Counted from the first letter of the whole stretch, positions 36,275 to 53,273 are shown. The stretch: DNA of 61,820 nucleotides, filler included, from Choristocarpus tenellus KU-1152 (GCA_964200185.2; 7 parts of 7 records of this genome joined end to end with filler, not necessarily neighbours in it), one strand, 5' to 3'. The notes: generated by a model not told the origin, from the letters alone. Numbers and translations are program-made.

Positions 36275-39200
36275 GAGCACACTGAGGTTTTAATGCCAGC
36301 CTACAATGGCTACGGAAATGAGGATGATCTTTATGCCATGGGTTTATCATTAGAGCCCCTGACCAAGGAGGTCAACCAGGAAGAGTATGAGAGGTACGAC
36401 ACAAAACCCATCATCTGCGGTTGTGTTGGGTGGAAGAATTTCAACAAATTTTCTCAATCACCGTTCTCACTGAACCTTCCAGGTTCTTGGTAGGTTATTC
36501 GTGTTGGCACTCCCACTAACTCACTTGTGATGAACTTGAGTGCAACTATTTCAAAGCACTATTGTATGCAGCAGTAGAGTCTTCGCACTACAAGGGGGCA
36601 CATCAATGAGCTCATCCAAACCAATGTGTGAGAGCATCACTTTGAACTTGTGCTCCACCTGCGATACAAATTAATAGAGTAATGCTATGGAGTAACTGTC
36701 AAAGGAAGATAATAAAGCACACTTACCTGAGGATGTCCTATTTTCTGTAGTAACGTTCCTGTCGTGCTTTACCTGACCTTGTTGCTTTCTCTTACACACA
36801 CATGTCTTTTTTTGGAAGGAACAACTATTTCTCTTCCTCCCTCAACATTGTTAATGAGCCTATCCCTCATAGTAGCACCTGACATATCTACTTGCAAACT
36901 TCAATCCACACCCCAACACCAAATCCCACTCCCTACCCCTCAAACCTGCATCCAACCTGGCACATCAGATTAATACATTATGAGGAAAAGCAATCCATCG
37001 TTACGAGTACAGCTGAATGATGAAGTTTAAGCAAGCGAAAGCCTTTGACTCAACAAGTCCTGTTCTTAACTCTTCATGTCATTTCCCTTCATGCCACTTT
37101 CTGGTGCCTTTGTCCACAAGACCTCTACCATCAGCTGTTGTCCTATAGCTCGCAGGTCGATGCATGGTGTCACTCCATCTTCTTTGCCTCACGTCCTCCA
37201 CTACAACATCTACAGTCACTCCTACTCTTACCTGAGCCTAACACTCACCAATGACCCTATTCTCTTCCTCTCTGTCTCTGGGCCAAATGGACCAACAACA
37301 TAAAAATCATGTTTGTTACATATTATGGCTTACGGCAGGTTTTTGAAGGGGGATAAGAAAGTACTGCGTTTTCAGGCCAAACTCTGCAACGTCAACGAAA
37401 CGGATGCCACCCGCGACTTTGTCATCAATTATTGTAAGACCAAGGCTAGCTATTGCAGCAGTTGAACTGGTGGATGCGTCTCTTGGGGGAGAAGGGGGGG
37501 AGGGAGTGGGAAGCTACTGGTGCTTCTGTGTGTGTTTCCTGGAATCCCTAAGCAGTATTTTTTTGTTGCTGGCAACCTGTTAAAGGTCGCTTAATAATCC
37601 TCAAACTGATTCCATTTGTGCAGTGCTTGCTAGTGGCATGCTGAATGTCTTGCCCAAGCCTATTTTGTTCTGTTTTGGTCGGCTGGATGGTGTGACTGTG
37701 AGAGATGCGATTGACGACATTAACTATGGGGTCTTTCCTAATACTACCAATGATTCCCTCTATACTACCATATGCCATCCCTCCTGCTGGTCGTTTTTTC
37801 CTTAGAGTACCAATGATCGGCCAATTTTATCAATTTCCCCTGCTGCAGCCTGCCGAAACCTGACTAAATCTATTATTAGCATACATGTTGCGAGTTGTGT
37901 GTGTGTGTGGTGTGTAGCAAAGAGAGAGGGAAAGAGAGATTGCTCTCGAAGAACATTGCAGTAAATCCTGTAGCAAACCCCCTTAGCCACAATCTCTTCA
38001 CATCAACCCTGTTCAAATGTCACATCTAAGCCTGGTGGCACACACTTTTCATTGTACACTCTCCTGCAATTGATGTGCTCATGCAGTCCTAGCAGATGAC
38101 ACCCTTAGCGTGTTCGAGCCACCTGTTCGCAACAGCGGGGTTGTGGGTGGACTGTTCCTGGCACGAGGTGTGTAAGTATGTGCTAAGTAAAAAAGGTATA
38201 GAAAAGGATGGGAGCGCTACTATCATGTCCAAAGATGTAATGGACTCAATTTTTAGAGTGACTGCACGAGAACATGCATTGCTTGCAGTTGTTGCCCCTC
38301 TGCCCAGAGAAACAATTCAGAGACGTGAACACAGCGGCCATATCATCACTGCCCCCTCTTTATCAGCTCATCACATCATATCCCCTCCCTCCCCTCCCTC
38401 CCCTCCCTTCCCTCATCTTCAATCCCTCCTTGCCCTTGCCTCGTTGCCCCCACCTTCACTCTGTTGTGTCGTCTTTTTATTTGGTTATTGTTGCTCTCAG
38501 GCAAGTACAAGAAGTACATCCCTGCTATAGGGCAGGTCAAGGAGGGCACACGCCTCTCTGAAAAAATTACCATGGATGGTGGGCTCATTGAGGCCTCCAT
38601 TGGACTGGGCGGGCAGCTTAGCCGATGGCTCAAGCCCACAGACTTCCTCCCCCGCTCAGTGGTGACCTTCGAAATGCCCTCCAGTGGGAGCAAGCTTTTC
38701 ACCCTTGAGGTTGTGGGCCACGATGAGTACACCAGGAAGCTTCTGGAAGACAAGGCAAGTCCAGGCAGGTAGACATTGGAGACGGGGGCGGACACGATCT
38801 AGTGTCATCCCCAGGGAGTAGGGATGAGGGACACAAAGTAAGGTGGTGAGGAAGGGATGGAAACAGTTAAACCTTCATTCCTTGCCAAACAAATTGTATT
38901 AGAAGTGTCCACAGGGTCTCTCAGAGTGATGGGGTCATGCATGGGTGTCTGATTACTGAGAAAGGGCTGTATAAGTGCACAATATGCATGGTGGGGGGGA
39001 AGTCCACTGATGGGAAGTCCAACGGTGGTATTGAGAAATCACGAAAGAGAATGCACATACTCAAAGTGGAAAAAGACCTTAGCAAAAATCATTGGCGTTT
39101 TTGTAAAATACACATGACCCAAGTTGCCAAACCTATCCAAAGCTCAAGTCTCCACCCCCCAGAGTTTCAGCATCCTTCAAAATATGATCAAAATTTAATT

Positions 39201-39945
39201 CACGAACTACATCTACTTCTGTTGATCAAACCTCATGCCTGTTGTTGCCTCTACCCCAATCTATACCTCACCATTTGAGTCTTTTCCTTGGCCCTCAACT
39301 GTATTGGTGAATCTTGACCTCGCTTCCCTCCTGGGTCCTCCTGCTCCAAGTCGAAATCCTTAAACCCACTCTCTGTTTTGCACCATTATGTACCACCATT
39401 CAGGAGATCTTCCCTCAGAGTTCTGCCCAGCTTTCAGTGACCCGCATAGCCGAGGCTTTCTCCAGTGCCAAGCTTCCTGTGCGATCCATATTCAGAGCCT
39501 CTGACCCTGCCATGATGGTGAGGGATAGATAATTTTCCACTGCTGTTATGAAACTGATCTTGTGCCCACAAGGTACATCCATCCACCACTTGTGATACTT
39601 TTCCGGGGATGAATCACTGTTGTAGCAGTGGCAATGGGAAATAGGAGTGACTACCAGGATCTTTTTTTTCTTTTTTTTGAAGACAGTGTTTAGATACTGT
39701 ATTCCTCCAGTACATGTTCTTAAAACATTAACGTAAATGTTAAGAATTTTGAAAATGTGTATGTTATGAAATGGTGTGGTTTGATCATTGATATTGGCAC
39801 TTTCTAACAAACGCAATAACCAAAATTAAATCAAAATCGCAGCATTAGATTTTGGCCCCCAAACGGAATCGCGCGCCCCCTCTAAGATACTTTGACTCCA
39901 AATATATTTCCACTTGAGAGTTTTCTCCTTAATGTAAAACAATGG

Positions 39946-39980
<35 letters not shown>

Positions 39981-41919
39981 CAATGCTTTTCATGTTTCGT
40001 ACCATTTGTAAAATCTGGTCGTTTTGGTCCTCCTCTCCAATATATATCATCAGTACAGTGGACATCGACCCAAAGGACTAAAGAGGGTAGGAGTTTTACC
40101 CTGTTTGTCCGTTTGGGGTTTCGCTTCCCAGGGTTTTTTTATGCCCTTGTTCGGTTTTCTGTGTGAACACAGTTGCCTACTCCGAAACATTTCATAGTAC
40201 GACTATGAAAGGTGTTTTCGGAGCAAGGATATTGACACTTGCTAATAAACACATTAGGCAAAACTCATCAGAATCGCATCATCGGGTTTATGGCTGAAAC
40301 GGACGTGGCCCTACCCTCTTAAATGCCGTGAGTCATTACTAAAACAAGTAAGGACCAATTTATCCGTATGATTAGGGATGCACTGTCTATCAACCTTTGT
40401 TGCAGCAATAATGACAGTAGTCATCCTCATTTGGGGTTGTCACAGATACCTTCAAGTGGTAGAGAGGAATAAGAGATAAACGCAAATTATAAGCATATAG
40501 ATAGCCTTGAAATCTTGCTGCTCCACAGGAACACACCACAAGGAGGGTAACTGCTCAAGACTCTTAGACAGCACCCTAGCCTTGTTCCCTCACTTCCTAG
40601 ATGTCATACGATGCTTTGGAACGGCCAAAACAGTGTTAAAACCGATAGGAGAATGATACTGGGGGGGGGGGGAAGGAAGGAGTTGTTCTCGATTTGNNNN
40701 NNNNNNGTTATGGGTGGCTTTGGAACGGCGAAAGCAGTGTTAATACCGTAGGGGTATTTTTATGGGGGGGGGGGGGGAAGGAAGGAGTTGTTCTCGATTT
40801 GATTGTGCTTATCCATTCAAGAATGACGCATTACTGAAGTCTTATTTTATTTTACTCTGGGTTGGGGGGGGAGGAAAGAGCAAAACAATTTTGCAAGGCA
40901 CTAAAAAAGGAAAATAATTCAATGAGGGAGTGAGGAGGTTCCGGACCAGACAGCATAAAATCGTCACTCTAGAACGCTTCATGTAGCAACTCAACCCCTA
41001 TTCGGTAGGAGCACTCAGTGACTTCAATGATGTTCCACTGCTGGGACACAGGAAGTCATACCAAGGTTCCTTCAAGCTACAGTCAACAGCTATTAAACCT
41101 GTACTAGATAGTACATGCTCAAGGAGTCAATGGTGAAGAGTAGACATGAGTGCGTGTGTGATTTGCATCTTCTGCATGCTCGTCCAATGCTCCATGTCCA
41201 CACCCCTCTCTTACCAGCCTTTAACAAATGAAAGTTTTGTTGTCGGATGCTGGACCTTTTTCAGGGAGTTGTGCCTGAATCCAAGTTCCGTTGGTCCCTG
41301 AGGCAAGTGGAGAAGGAAGCCAACCAAGCACCCAGCAGCAAGGGTGGCTCTGCTTTGCTCTCTGATGAGGTACGATATGCCTTCAGCAGGGCAACAGCTA
41401 GAAACACTCCATAATACTTCAAAGCATTGAGCAGCAGGGACGCTTTGTTTGCTGGCATCCCACTTCATGCTTTGGAAACTGATGTACGCCCAGTACATTG
41501 GATTGTAGAAGTCAGCTTGTCAAAACGGACAATCAAACAACCCTGAGTAAAACCCCAACCTCATTTTATGAAACCCTATGAGCGTACAGAGAGGAAAAGA
41601 AGATACTGATCCTGGTTAATGGATGCAGACTCCCATCTGATCTAAGATGCCATGGAGATATCTGGGAGATCTATTTTCATCGATGCAGGTCTATGTCCAA
41701 GATACCTCCACAGTTGTTCCTCTCACTAATATATGCACTGCCTCAGCTGTGAACATCCTGTGCTCTGCCCTTCACCTCTCGGAAAACATCTTGCAGGAAG
41801 TGGACCGGATTGTAGACGAGTTCAGGGATGAGCAACGACAGGGACCCAAAGGGGAGAGCATGGTGTTCTACGATGACTTTGTTGATCATCTTGTCATTGG
41901 CTCACCAAGGTTTGAATGA
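36275..41919 (+). CDS. EFHC1/EFHC2 (Rib72-like) DM10 and EF-hand axonemal protein, 3' exons
   Basis: Exons 36275-36393 ([13 protein letters not shown]), 37339-37433 (KVLRFQAKL...[10 protein letters not shown]), 38087-38167 ([28 protein letters not shown]), 38501-38754 (GC donor; DEYTRKLLE), 39404-39517, 41265-41369 and 41797-41919 ([11 protein letters not shown]...*). Typical third DM10 domain followed by an EF-hand-like tail. Confidence 0.88.
40070..40328 (-). mobile_element. MITE family A, degenerate copy
   Basis: The reverse complement shares ccctgtttgtcc.tttgggg, ggatattgacactt and ccctaccctct with family A. A separate family A end lies near 39840-39898. Confidence 0.65.
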
Positions 41920-42824
41920 CTAGTGTCCCCCTCTGGCTGGCAGCATTTGCGGTTTCGTACGGTATTTCGTTTCTAGTTAAAATGGTTTGGTGTTTCTTGT
42001 GGGTTGACCTCGAGTTTATCCAACATTTGTCATGTGATGCTGTGATCTCTGCACCTCTCCAAAGTACATTGAAGATCTGCGTGAAATAACCCCAGCCCTA
42101 ACCCTAACCCTAACCCTAACTCCACGGTAGTATATACACTAACTAGCAAAACTATACATATCAATCAGCTCAGTAGATATTCCAGGTTGGCACCTAACAA
42201 TAGGTTCACGCATGGTTCAAAATTCAAGAGTGGTACCATCTAAGCAGAGGGTACCATTGACTTTTAAGAACTTCTGCGGCTGCCTGGGGGAATGTGTGTT
42301 TCGAGCACTAGGGAGGGCACTTTTGGCTAACCATACCTTCCTTCACTGGTCGTCTTCTTTTACAGTCCCACCCTCCTAAGATGGGGGTTAACTGTGTACT
42401 TTAGGCATGGGCATGGTGTACATTGCACAAGGTTCAAAAGGGTCAAATTTGACCCCCNNNNNNNNNNNNNNNNNNNNNNNNNNNNNNNNNNNNNNNNNNN
42501 NTTAATTAATTAANNNNNNNNNNNNNNNNNNNNNNNNNNNNNNNNNNNNNNNNNNNNCATCCTCAATGAAAAGCTCCATCCTCAAATTTTGAAATCGGCT
42601 GTTCTAACCCCTCAAATCTTGTGCAGTACTCACCTAGCCACAACTAAGCATTGCCACCACAACACACGTTTTCCACTTTTTGAGGTTTAGCAACAGTTAG
42701 GAGGGCACCCGTTTTGCCTTTCTGATATTCTTATAACGTGGTCCATCGAAGTCAAACGAATTTCCCTGAAGATATATAATGTAGACCAGATTTGAACCAC
42801 AGCATTCCTTTGAAAGAATTTGGT

Positions 42825-43005
42825 GACCCAAAGTATCTGAGGGGGGGGGAGGGGGTCTAGACCAGGGTGTCCATTTGGATCAAAACCAGGAAAAGTGCAC
42901 TTACATTATCCATCCAACGTATGAAACCATACCACACAAAAATAGCGACAGGAAAAAAACTGACCCCAAATGGACAACCGCCACCCCCCCCAGATACTAT
43001 GAGCC
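42825..43005 (+). mobile_element. MITE family B with TGGT target-site duplication
   Basis: TIRs GACCCAAAGTATCT(GAGGGG) / (CCCCC)AGATACTATGAGCC. TGGT at 42821-42824 and 43006-43009. Confidence 0.9.
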
Positions 43006-44127
43006 TGGTGGGTGCATTCTTACCGAGCTCACTGATTGAAGATCTAATCGCCTTCTTTGTCACGCCATAAATCGTGCAAGTATGAGCAGCGAGATCTCTC
43101 CAAATTTCCACAAGTCTAACAAATCATACCTAGGGATATCACTTAGGAGGGCTTTCCTTTTCCGCGCCCAGTGCTAAAAACTGAGCAGGCTAGTATCCTT
43201 TGGGGAATTTTGTCTGTTTTCCAATGAGTACTCTCAGTGTTCAGTGTTAACTCCAGCAGTTTGGAAACTGAGTCAAATTAAACGAGTGGTAGCCAGGTTT
43301 TGCCCACTTAGATTATAAGGCGCTTTTTTCATCTTTTGCTATTCACCCTTGTTTCTTTGGATGAAGCGGTAAGATTGACTCAAGAGCGTTGATTTATATA
43401 TTGTTTGAAACTTTGGACATAACTCAGAAATATCCCTATACGCATTCGTACAAACGTCGAATATTATGCATATTACTCCGCAGTGTATGTCCTCATCCTT
43501 ACTTAGTGTTACCTTTACTTTGGCACACTGGGTGTTTGCTGCACTCTTCACATTCATAGTTCGAGCGTGATCATGTTGGCCATTATCTTTGGCAGCGTCA
43601 AAGTTGTAGGCAATTGTCCAGACGGCGAAAGTACTCTTCCAACCTATTTCCTGCCACACAAATGGACAACGTGAGAGTGTCAAAAAAGGTTTGTGGGCAC
43701 ATATGGGTATGTATTTAGTCCCATCATTAGACTTTCCAACGCATGGAAAATGTCGACCCAAAGTATCTAAGAGGGTAGGGCCGTTGTGCAATCTACCTTG
43801 GGAGGTAATGCTATTTTTCAGTAGTGAAGACAAGAAGGTGTAAGGCCTCACACGACCCCCTTTGCTGAACGTGAAAAGAATGGGTGGAATTAGAAGAGTG
43901 ACCTTTCTGGGGTGTCTTCTCACTGCTTGTTTAATATTATTTGTGCTTCCTACATAAGTCAACGATTATGTCAATCAAACTAGTTGAATGCAAAATAAAA
44001 ACCCATACATATTCCCATTCATAATCCTGATGTACTTTTTCATTTGTTACATCACATGGACTCAATCAAAATGATAATTTCTCATACACAAAATAAGGTA
44101 CACCTCACTATTGTCCTATTTTGCACA

Positions 44128-45008
44128 CTCCCCCATGAGAGTGCAGGCAATGAGGGGTTGCTGGAACTCTCAAACCTAAAACGTTTTATTTTGTCAATGC
44201 AGTAAAAGAACGCAGATTAATTCAAATTACTTCAACTTTAACACACGACATTCATCTAGTCAACACAGTGTCTACAAAGTCTTCTACCTGCTTCTTAAGT
44301 AATCTTTTGGTCAAGATGTCTGCAAGTTGGAGTGCCGTGGGAATATATTTTACTGTAAAAAATCCTTTGCTAACATACTCCCTGGTGCATTTTAGTTTGA
44401 TATCGACATGCCTTGTCCGCCCATTGAAACCTTCGGTTATTGCTGCTTGAATTGCACCTCGATTGTCTCCATACCAAGTCGGGACCCCTTTGAGTATGCC
44501 CAGCTCCCCCAGGATGCCTCTGAGGAATATTGCACGCCTCATTCCATGTACAATCGGTGTCCATTCCGCTTCTGATGAAGATGTGGTTACAGCTCCTTGC
44601 ATCTTGGATTTCCATGCAATTGGGTGCCTCATTCAATAGGATTAGGTATCCCATCTCGCTTCGTCTTGAAACAGTGTCATTGCCCCAGTCTGAGTCTCCA
44701 TACCCGGCCAGGCCCCCGTTGTTCATTTCAACACCAGCAGGATAGTGTATCGCTACTTTCATGGTGCCTGCTAGGTATCGTAGAACATGTTGCAGCCCTT
44801 TCCAGTGTCGATTGCATGGAGATGCTGCATATCTTCCCAGTTTCCGTACATTGTTAGATAGGTCTGGTCGTGTCATCCCAGCTAGGAACATAAGTTTCCC
44901 AAGGATGGTGCGGTAAGGTTTGTACCTCTGGTCCAGCTCCTCCTCGTCAGTTCTTCTTGTGGTCAGGTCCATTCCTGGGTTTAAAGGTGATGAAGGTACT
45001 CCGTACTT
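44128..45008 (-). mobile_element. Ty1/Copia LTR retrotransposon remnant (RT C-terminus and RNase H, frameshifted)
   Basis: PYRTILGKLMFLAGMTRPDL...HWKGLQHVLRYL...GYGDSDW, then a frameshift near 44625 into PIAWKSKMQGAVTTSSSEAE...DNRGAI...RTRHVDIK...QLADILTK. A PPT-like GGGGGAG at 44134-44128 is followed by TG, a probable 3' LTR start at 44127. Confidence 0.92.
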
Positions 45009-45487
45009 GAGTGAAAGTATCTTAGATTCAAAGTATCTGGGGGAGAGCGGGGGGTCTANNNNNNNNNNNNNNNNNNNNNNNNNNNNNNNNNNNNNNNNNN
45101 NNTTAATTAATTAANNNNNNNNNNNNNNNNNNNNNNNNNNNNNNNNNNNNNNNNNNNNGGGGGGGGGTTGGTGTTGGGCGTTTCTTGTAAGGGGCGTGGG
45201 GGGGGGGGGGGGGGGGGGTTGTGTAAGATACTTTGGTTGAGAAATTGTTTTTTGTGGTTTTACTACTAGCTGGAAGGCAATGATGACCCCTTGTTGTTGT
45301 TAGGTAGTGGCAACATTTCATCGAGGAATGTGTGAACTCTGGAAGTATTTAGACTTGAAGTTGAGAATTGTTTGGGTCCTGCTGGAAAAAAAAACATGCG
45401 AGCTTTTTTGTTCTATTTTTTGTTCTTTTGTTGTCCTGTTGTTTTTTTCACGAGCTTCATTTTTTTCTATTTTTTTTCATTCTTCAG

Positions 45488-48811
<3,324 letters not shown>

Positions 48812-50587
48812 TTGATCCTATAGTGTGATTAGGACGTGCAGTGCACTGGCCAAGGAAATGGATCAAAAGCAAGTTTGAAATGGGGGGGGAGGCAATGGTA
48901 ACCAATCTGTTCACTCCTTAATCTGCTTGAATGTAGTGTCCGACGTTACCTGCTGCCTGAATCCCTGACTTTTGAGAGTTGTTCTCTCAAGTCCTGAACA
49001 GGGAGGGGCCTGAGGGCGGGAAGGGAGGGAGAGAGGTGGTACTGTGCGATAGATTGTATACTCTTGGGTGATTATAGTCCTGGATAGGTATTTGGCTTGC
49101 GTGTTCTTGAGGAGGTGCACCCAACATTCAATGGTTTCTTATGGTTTGGTTATCCATCCCCCTGGGTTAACTTGACCTGTTCTTTTCTTGTTATGTCTTG
49201 AGTTTGCTGTACAGAGGAGACAGGGTAGGGTGTCGGGGGTTTTTGACTCTGGTTTGTTGACCTGTCTTAGACTGTGGTAGTGCCTGATATATTTGACACA
49301 TGTGTTGTAGGGTTGTGCTTGATTTAATGATCGAGTTTAGAGTGGATCATCTTGCAGGGGAGAGTCTAACTATGTGTGAGAGTGGGGGCGTGCCTTCTGA
49401 GGGTTGTCACTTCCAGCTTTGTGTGGTGGTGTGTGCCGATGTATCCGACTGAACCAACGGATGCACTTATTGCAAGAACATACGGGAACAAGAGATGGAA
49501 TGATCGAAGATTTTTACGTTTTTCAGTTCCTGATGCACACACAGGAATTTCGGAAAAATAAGATTCTGAGGGCATTTTCGTGAGCACACAATGTTGTGGA
49601 CAATACATACATTGCATGCCAAGAGTCAGTGTGTTATAGATGGGGGTACCAATGATTTGAAGAGGCCTCTGTGACTACCTTTAAAAGTTTGATGTTGAGT
49701 TTGAGATCGTGTATTCAGGGAGGCAATTTCCTTGGTCTCCGTATCTTCTACAACCTAGAACTCCTTACAGGGATTACCTGCGTTTGGGACATAAAGATGA
49801 GATCTGGGTGTAACATTTTATGAACCCTCCTATGATCAAAATGGTCAAAAATTGTCGCTCTAGGAAACTTTTCTCCTGAAGGAGAGTGCAACCTGTCCTG
49901 ACTTCAGGCTACTTCACTTCTTTCCTGTGATAATTATGTATGCGAAAATCATGCTGAGTTTGGATTGGCTCAGCCAGGTCAGTATGATGAACTTGTACCT
50001 CTTGGTGAATTTGACGTAAAAGATACTGTTACTTTTTACCTCAGTGAAAATTATATGGAAATTTTGCTTTTCATTATTATTGTGCATACCCCATACCCCT
50101 TGCCTTAGTTCTCGATGCCAAGTATTCGAAATATTCCAGTGATAAACAATAAAAGTATAAAACCGTGGTAATTTTTTGTACACAATTCTAAGCGAGTCTG
50201 GGCGATTTGTTTGGGCCCTATGCAAGCACTTTGTTAGGTACATCTTGTAGAAAACCAGATTGGAAACAAGTCAAAAGCAAGTGATTGCGATGTGCATCCA
50301 CCTCGAAATTTTCATATTCAATACAGTTCATGTTATATCTGAAACAGTTGGAAACTGGCAGAAGGGTAGTGGGAAGACCCACAGGAGGAACGGAAAGGAG
50401 AGGGGCAAGGTAGGGGGGTGGCCAACCCTCCCAACCCTCGGAAGGTCACTCAGCGAAGGAGTGATCAAGGAAAGTGAATGAGGGCAGGTTGTAAGCTCCA
50501 CTCAACAAATTCAAACTTGCCTCATCAGGAGGAAATTGTTACGTCATACGGAGGAACAGACTCTGATGTATACCGTTTCAAGAAAGG

Positions 50588-50769
50588 TAGTCAAAGTATC
50601 TGTGGGGGGCGGGGGCGGTCTACATCAGGGTGTGCATTTGGGCCAAAACCAGGAAAAGTGCACTTATATTATCCATCCGACGTCTGCAACCAAATCACAC
50701 AATAATTGGGACAAAAAATTGACCCCAAATGGACAGCCGCCACCCCCCCCCCCCCAGATACTTTGAGCG
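50588..50769 (+). mobile_element. MITE family B with AAGG target-site duplication
   Basis: TAGTCAAAGTATCT...AGATACTTTGAGCG. AAGG at 50584-50587 and 50770-50773. Confidence 0.9.
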
Positions 50770-51317
50770 AAGGACTGCTTTAAGATATACCTTGGGCAGG
50801 AAGGTGGCTATCACATACATTCAACACTTTTGTAATTATTGAGTTTGTTGTGAAGAATATGACCTGTCGGACACTTAGGATGCAGCAATCCGTCTAGCAG
50901 GACTCTGCTCCTGGTATAAAACGGAGAGGTCTTTCATACGGTAGTTGATTCAATCTGATAAGCAAAAACAACTTGGTATGATATATCCATACCATAATAT
51001 GACTTCGTTCCTCCACAATTTAGGAAACGTTTTTCTTCTGGATTGTACACACTCGTCACCATTAGCATCCACACCTCTGAAAAATACTTCGAGAATTCCT
51101 GAGAATTCTTAGCGAGTCTGACTACCTCTCACACCAAATAATATTATAGTGCTATTGTGAAACAGGTGGAGACAAGTCGACAGGTTGTTCGAAATGAAGG
51201 GGAGCGGGAAGACCCACAGGAGGCAAGATCACAGAGAGGCAAGACAAAAAGGGAGAGAAATGTCTCAGAAGATCGCTCAGGAAAAGAGTGTTCAGGTGGT
51301 AACTGAAAGAGGGGGGA

Positions 51318-51557
51318 TTTGGCAAGTTTTGCTCTGTTTGTCCGTTTGGGGCTTGGCTTCCCACGGATTCTTTATGACATTTTCCTACTCCGAAATGTTT
51401 TGGAGAAGGTAAAATGTATACGTTTGATAAAGGTTTGTCTGGAACAAGGATATTGACACTTCCTAACAAACATGATAGCCAAAATTACATCAAGATCACA
51501 ACATTGGATTTTGGCTCCCAAATGCACGCAGCTCTATCCTCTAACATACTTTGACTC
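51318..51557 (-). mobile_element. MITE family A, one end lost
   Basis: Reverse-complement homology to 52581-52839; ends ...ctaacatactttgactc. Confidence 0.8.
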
Positions 51558-52580
51558 TAACAACGCCGCAGTGCCATACCACCAGCATTTGAGGGTGGGG
51601 GAGGAAAGCTGCTTGGTACGGGAGACTGGACACCTGCTCGTGTGCAGCAGTGTTTGGAAGAGAATTGGGAGGCGGGTATGATCAGGAAGGCCAAGATGCT
51701 GGGGTTGCCTGTGGCGTTTGATTACAACATGAAGATCCATGTCTTCCATGCCGGTTGGTTGAGGGTGGGGGGGATGGGGGTGTTTCTACGTGGTGGTTCA
51801 AAATAGGATTATGGCTTAGTTGGATGTATGGTAACTAAGCAAGAAATATTTTACATGTATCAAATTCCTTGCATCTTTTGTGATGGTGTCATTGCATCGA
51901 ATCATTCTGAAAATTTGTGGTTAACTAGTTGGCAGCAATCGAGAATTTCATGGAAGAGTTGGAAGTCATTCTCCACAAAAGAGCACAAATTATATTATCT
52001 GGTGTGGGTGTGGGTATCACTTTTGAGTAGGTGCTAGTATGTGGAATGTTGGAGGTTTGCATGGTTAGTAAGGTTTGTTTATTGATATGCCAGATGAGGG
52101 TTTAGGGTTTAGGGTTTAGGGTTTAGGGTTAGGGGTTCTGCCAGTGGTGTTATTGAGCCCTAGGATCTATTTTTTGGATGGAGCTGCAATGACCTACTAC
52201 AAGGATTTGTTCAATGGATGAGAGAAGTATATATATATGTACCTTTTTTCTGTGAGTGTGTGGGTAGATGCAGGGAGGGCATTCATAACATGATTGACTC
52301 CCTGTTGAGGTACTTGAAATGTCCCAATCATGCCCTTGCAGGAGAGTGACTTTGTAGCCACAAATTCAGATGCAGAGCATTGACATAAATCTGGATGGAA
52401 CATGTTCAGGTTTATAGTGCAGCTTGTCAACAGAATATCGTTTCAGGCATCAGATGTGTGCACACATGGTCGAAATTCTGTTTGTTTCACATGCAATGAC
52501 TGTTTGTGCATGTGTGCAATGTTAACCTCAATTTTTTTTGCCTTTGGCAGGGTCCCTCACCATCTGGGGGACCTATTTTA

Positions 52581-52839
52581 GAGCCATAGTATCTTAGAGG
52601 GTAGACCCGCGTCCATTTGGGGATCAAAATCTAAAGTTGCGATTTTGATGTAATATTTGGTATTGTGTTTGTTAGGAAGTGTCAATATCCATGTTCTGGA
52701 CACACCTTTTCAATACGTATACAATTTACCTACTCCGAAACATTTTGGAGTAGGAAAATGTCATTAAAAACCCCACAGGAAGCCAAGTCCCAAATGGACA
52801 AACAGGGCAAAACTCGTACCCTCTAAGATACTTTCACTC
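52581..52839 (+). mobile_element. MITE family A
   Basis: GAGCCATAGTATCTTAGAGGGTA...TACCCTCTAAGATACTTTCACTC, with internal hairpin cctactcc...ggagtagg. Confidence 0.9.
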
Positions 52840-53273
52840 TTATCAAAGCTATGCGGTATGACCTAAATGGTAAGTTATGACTATCTGGGAAGAGCTGAAT
52901 TGTTTAATAGTGACTCACAAATCCTCTCAGTTCACAGCTCCAAAACACAGGCTTAATTTAGGAGCAGGTTCGAAACACAGCGATATCATTCCACGTTGTA
53001 GTAGTCCTCCTTGTATTTGTAATAAGCAGATGGTCGGAACATGCTCACATATTGATTTTTCTTCAATACGTTTGAGGAAAATATATTGGCTCTGCTGTCA
53101 TGTAATACCCTTACGTTCAGCTCCTCCCCCCGACCCTCCCTCTCACTCTCAACAAATACCTTTCTACCCAACCTGCCAGCAAAAGGGTCGTTTCCCTTCA
53201 TGTTTTATCCAATAGCCTCTTCTCCTGGTGTTTACATACCCTTTCACCTGTAATCCTGGTGCCCCCGCTACAG

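Noticed and set aside
40613-40801. Direct duplication of about 85 bp flanking a 10-N gap
   Set aside because: Typical unmerged scaffold overlap with error-rich read ends beside a poly-G run.
43339-43962. 207-aa minus-strand ORF
   Set aside because: No recognisable domain, and it runs through a MITE-type terminus at 43756. At most it contains a small exon I cannot support.
8965-45114. Recurrent TTAATTAATTAA palindrome
   Set aside because: Always centred in 44+44 Ns: an artificial contig-joining linker.
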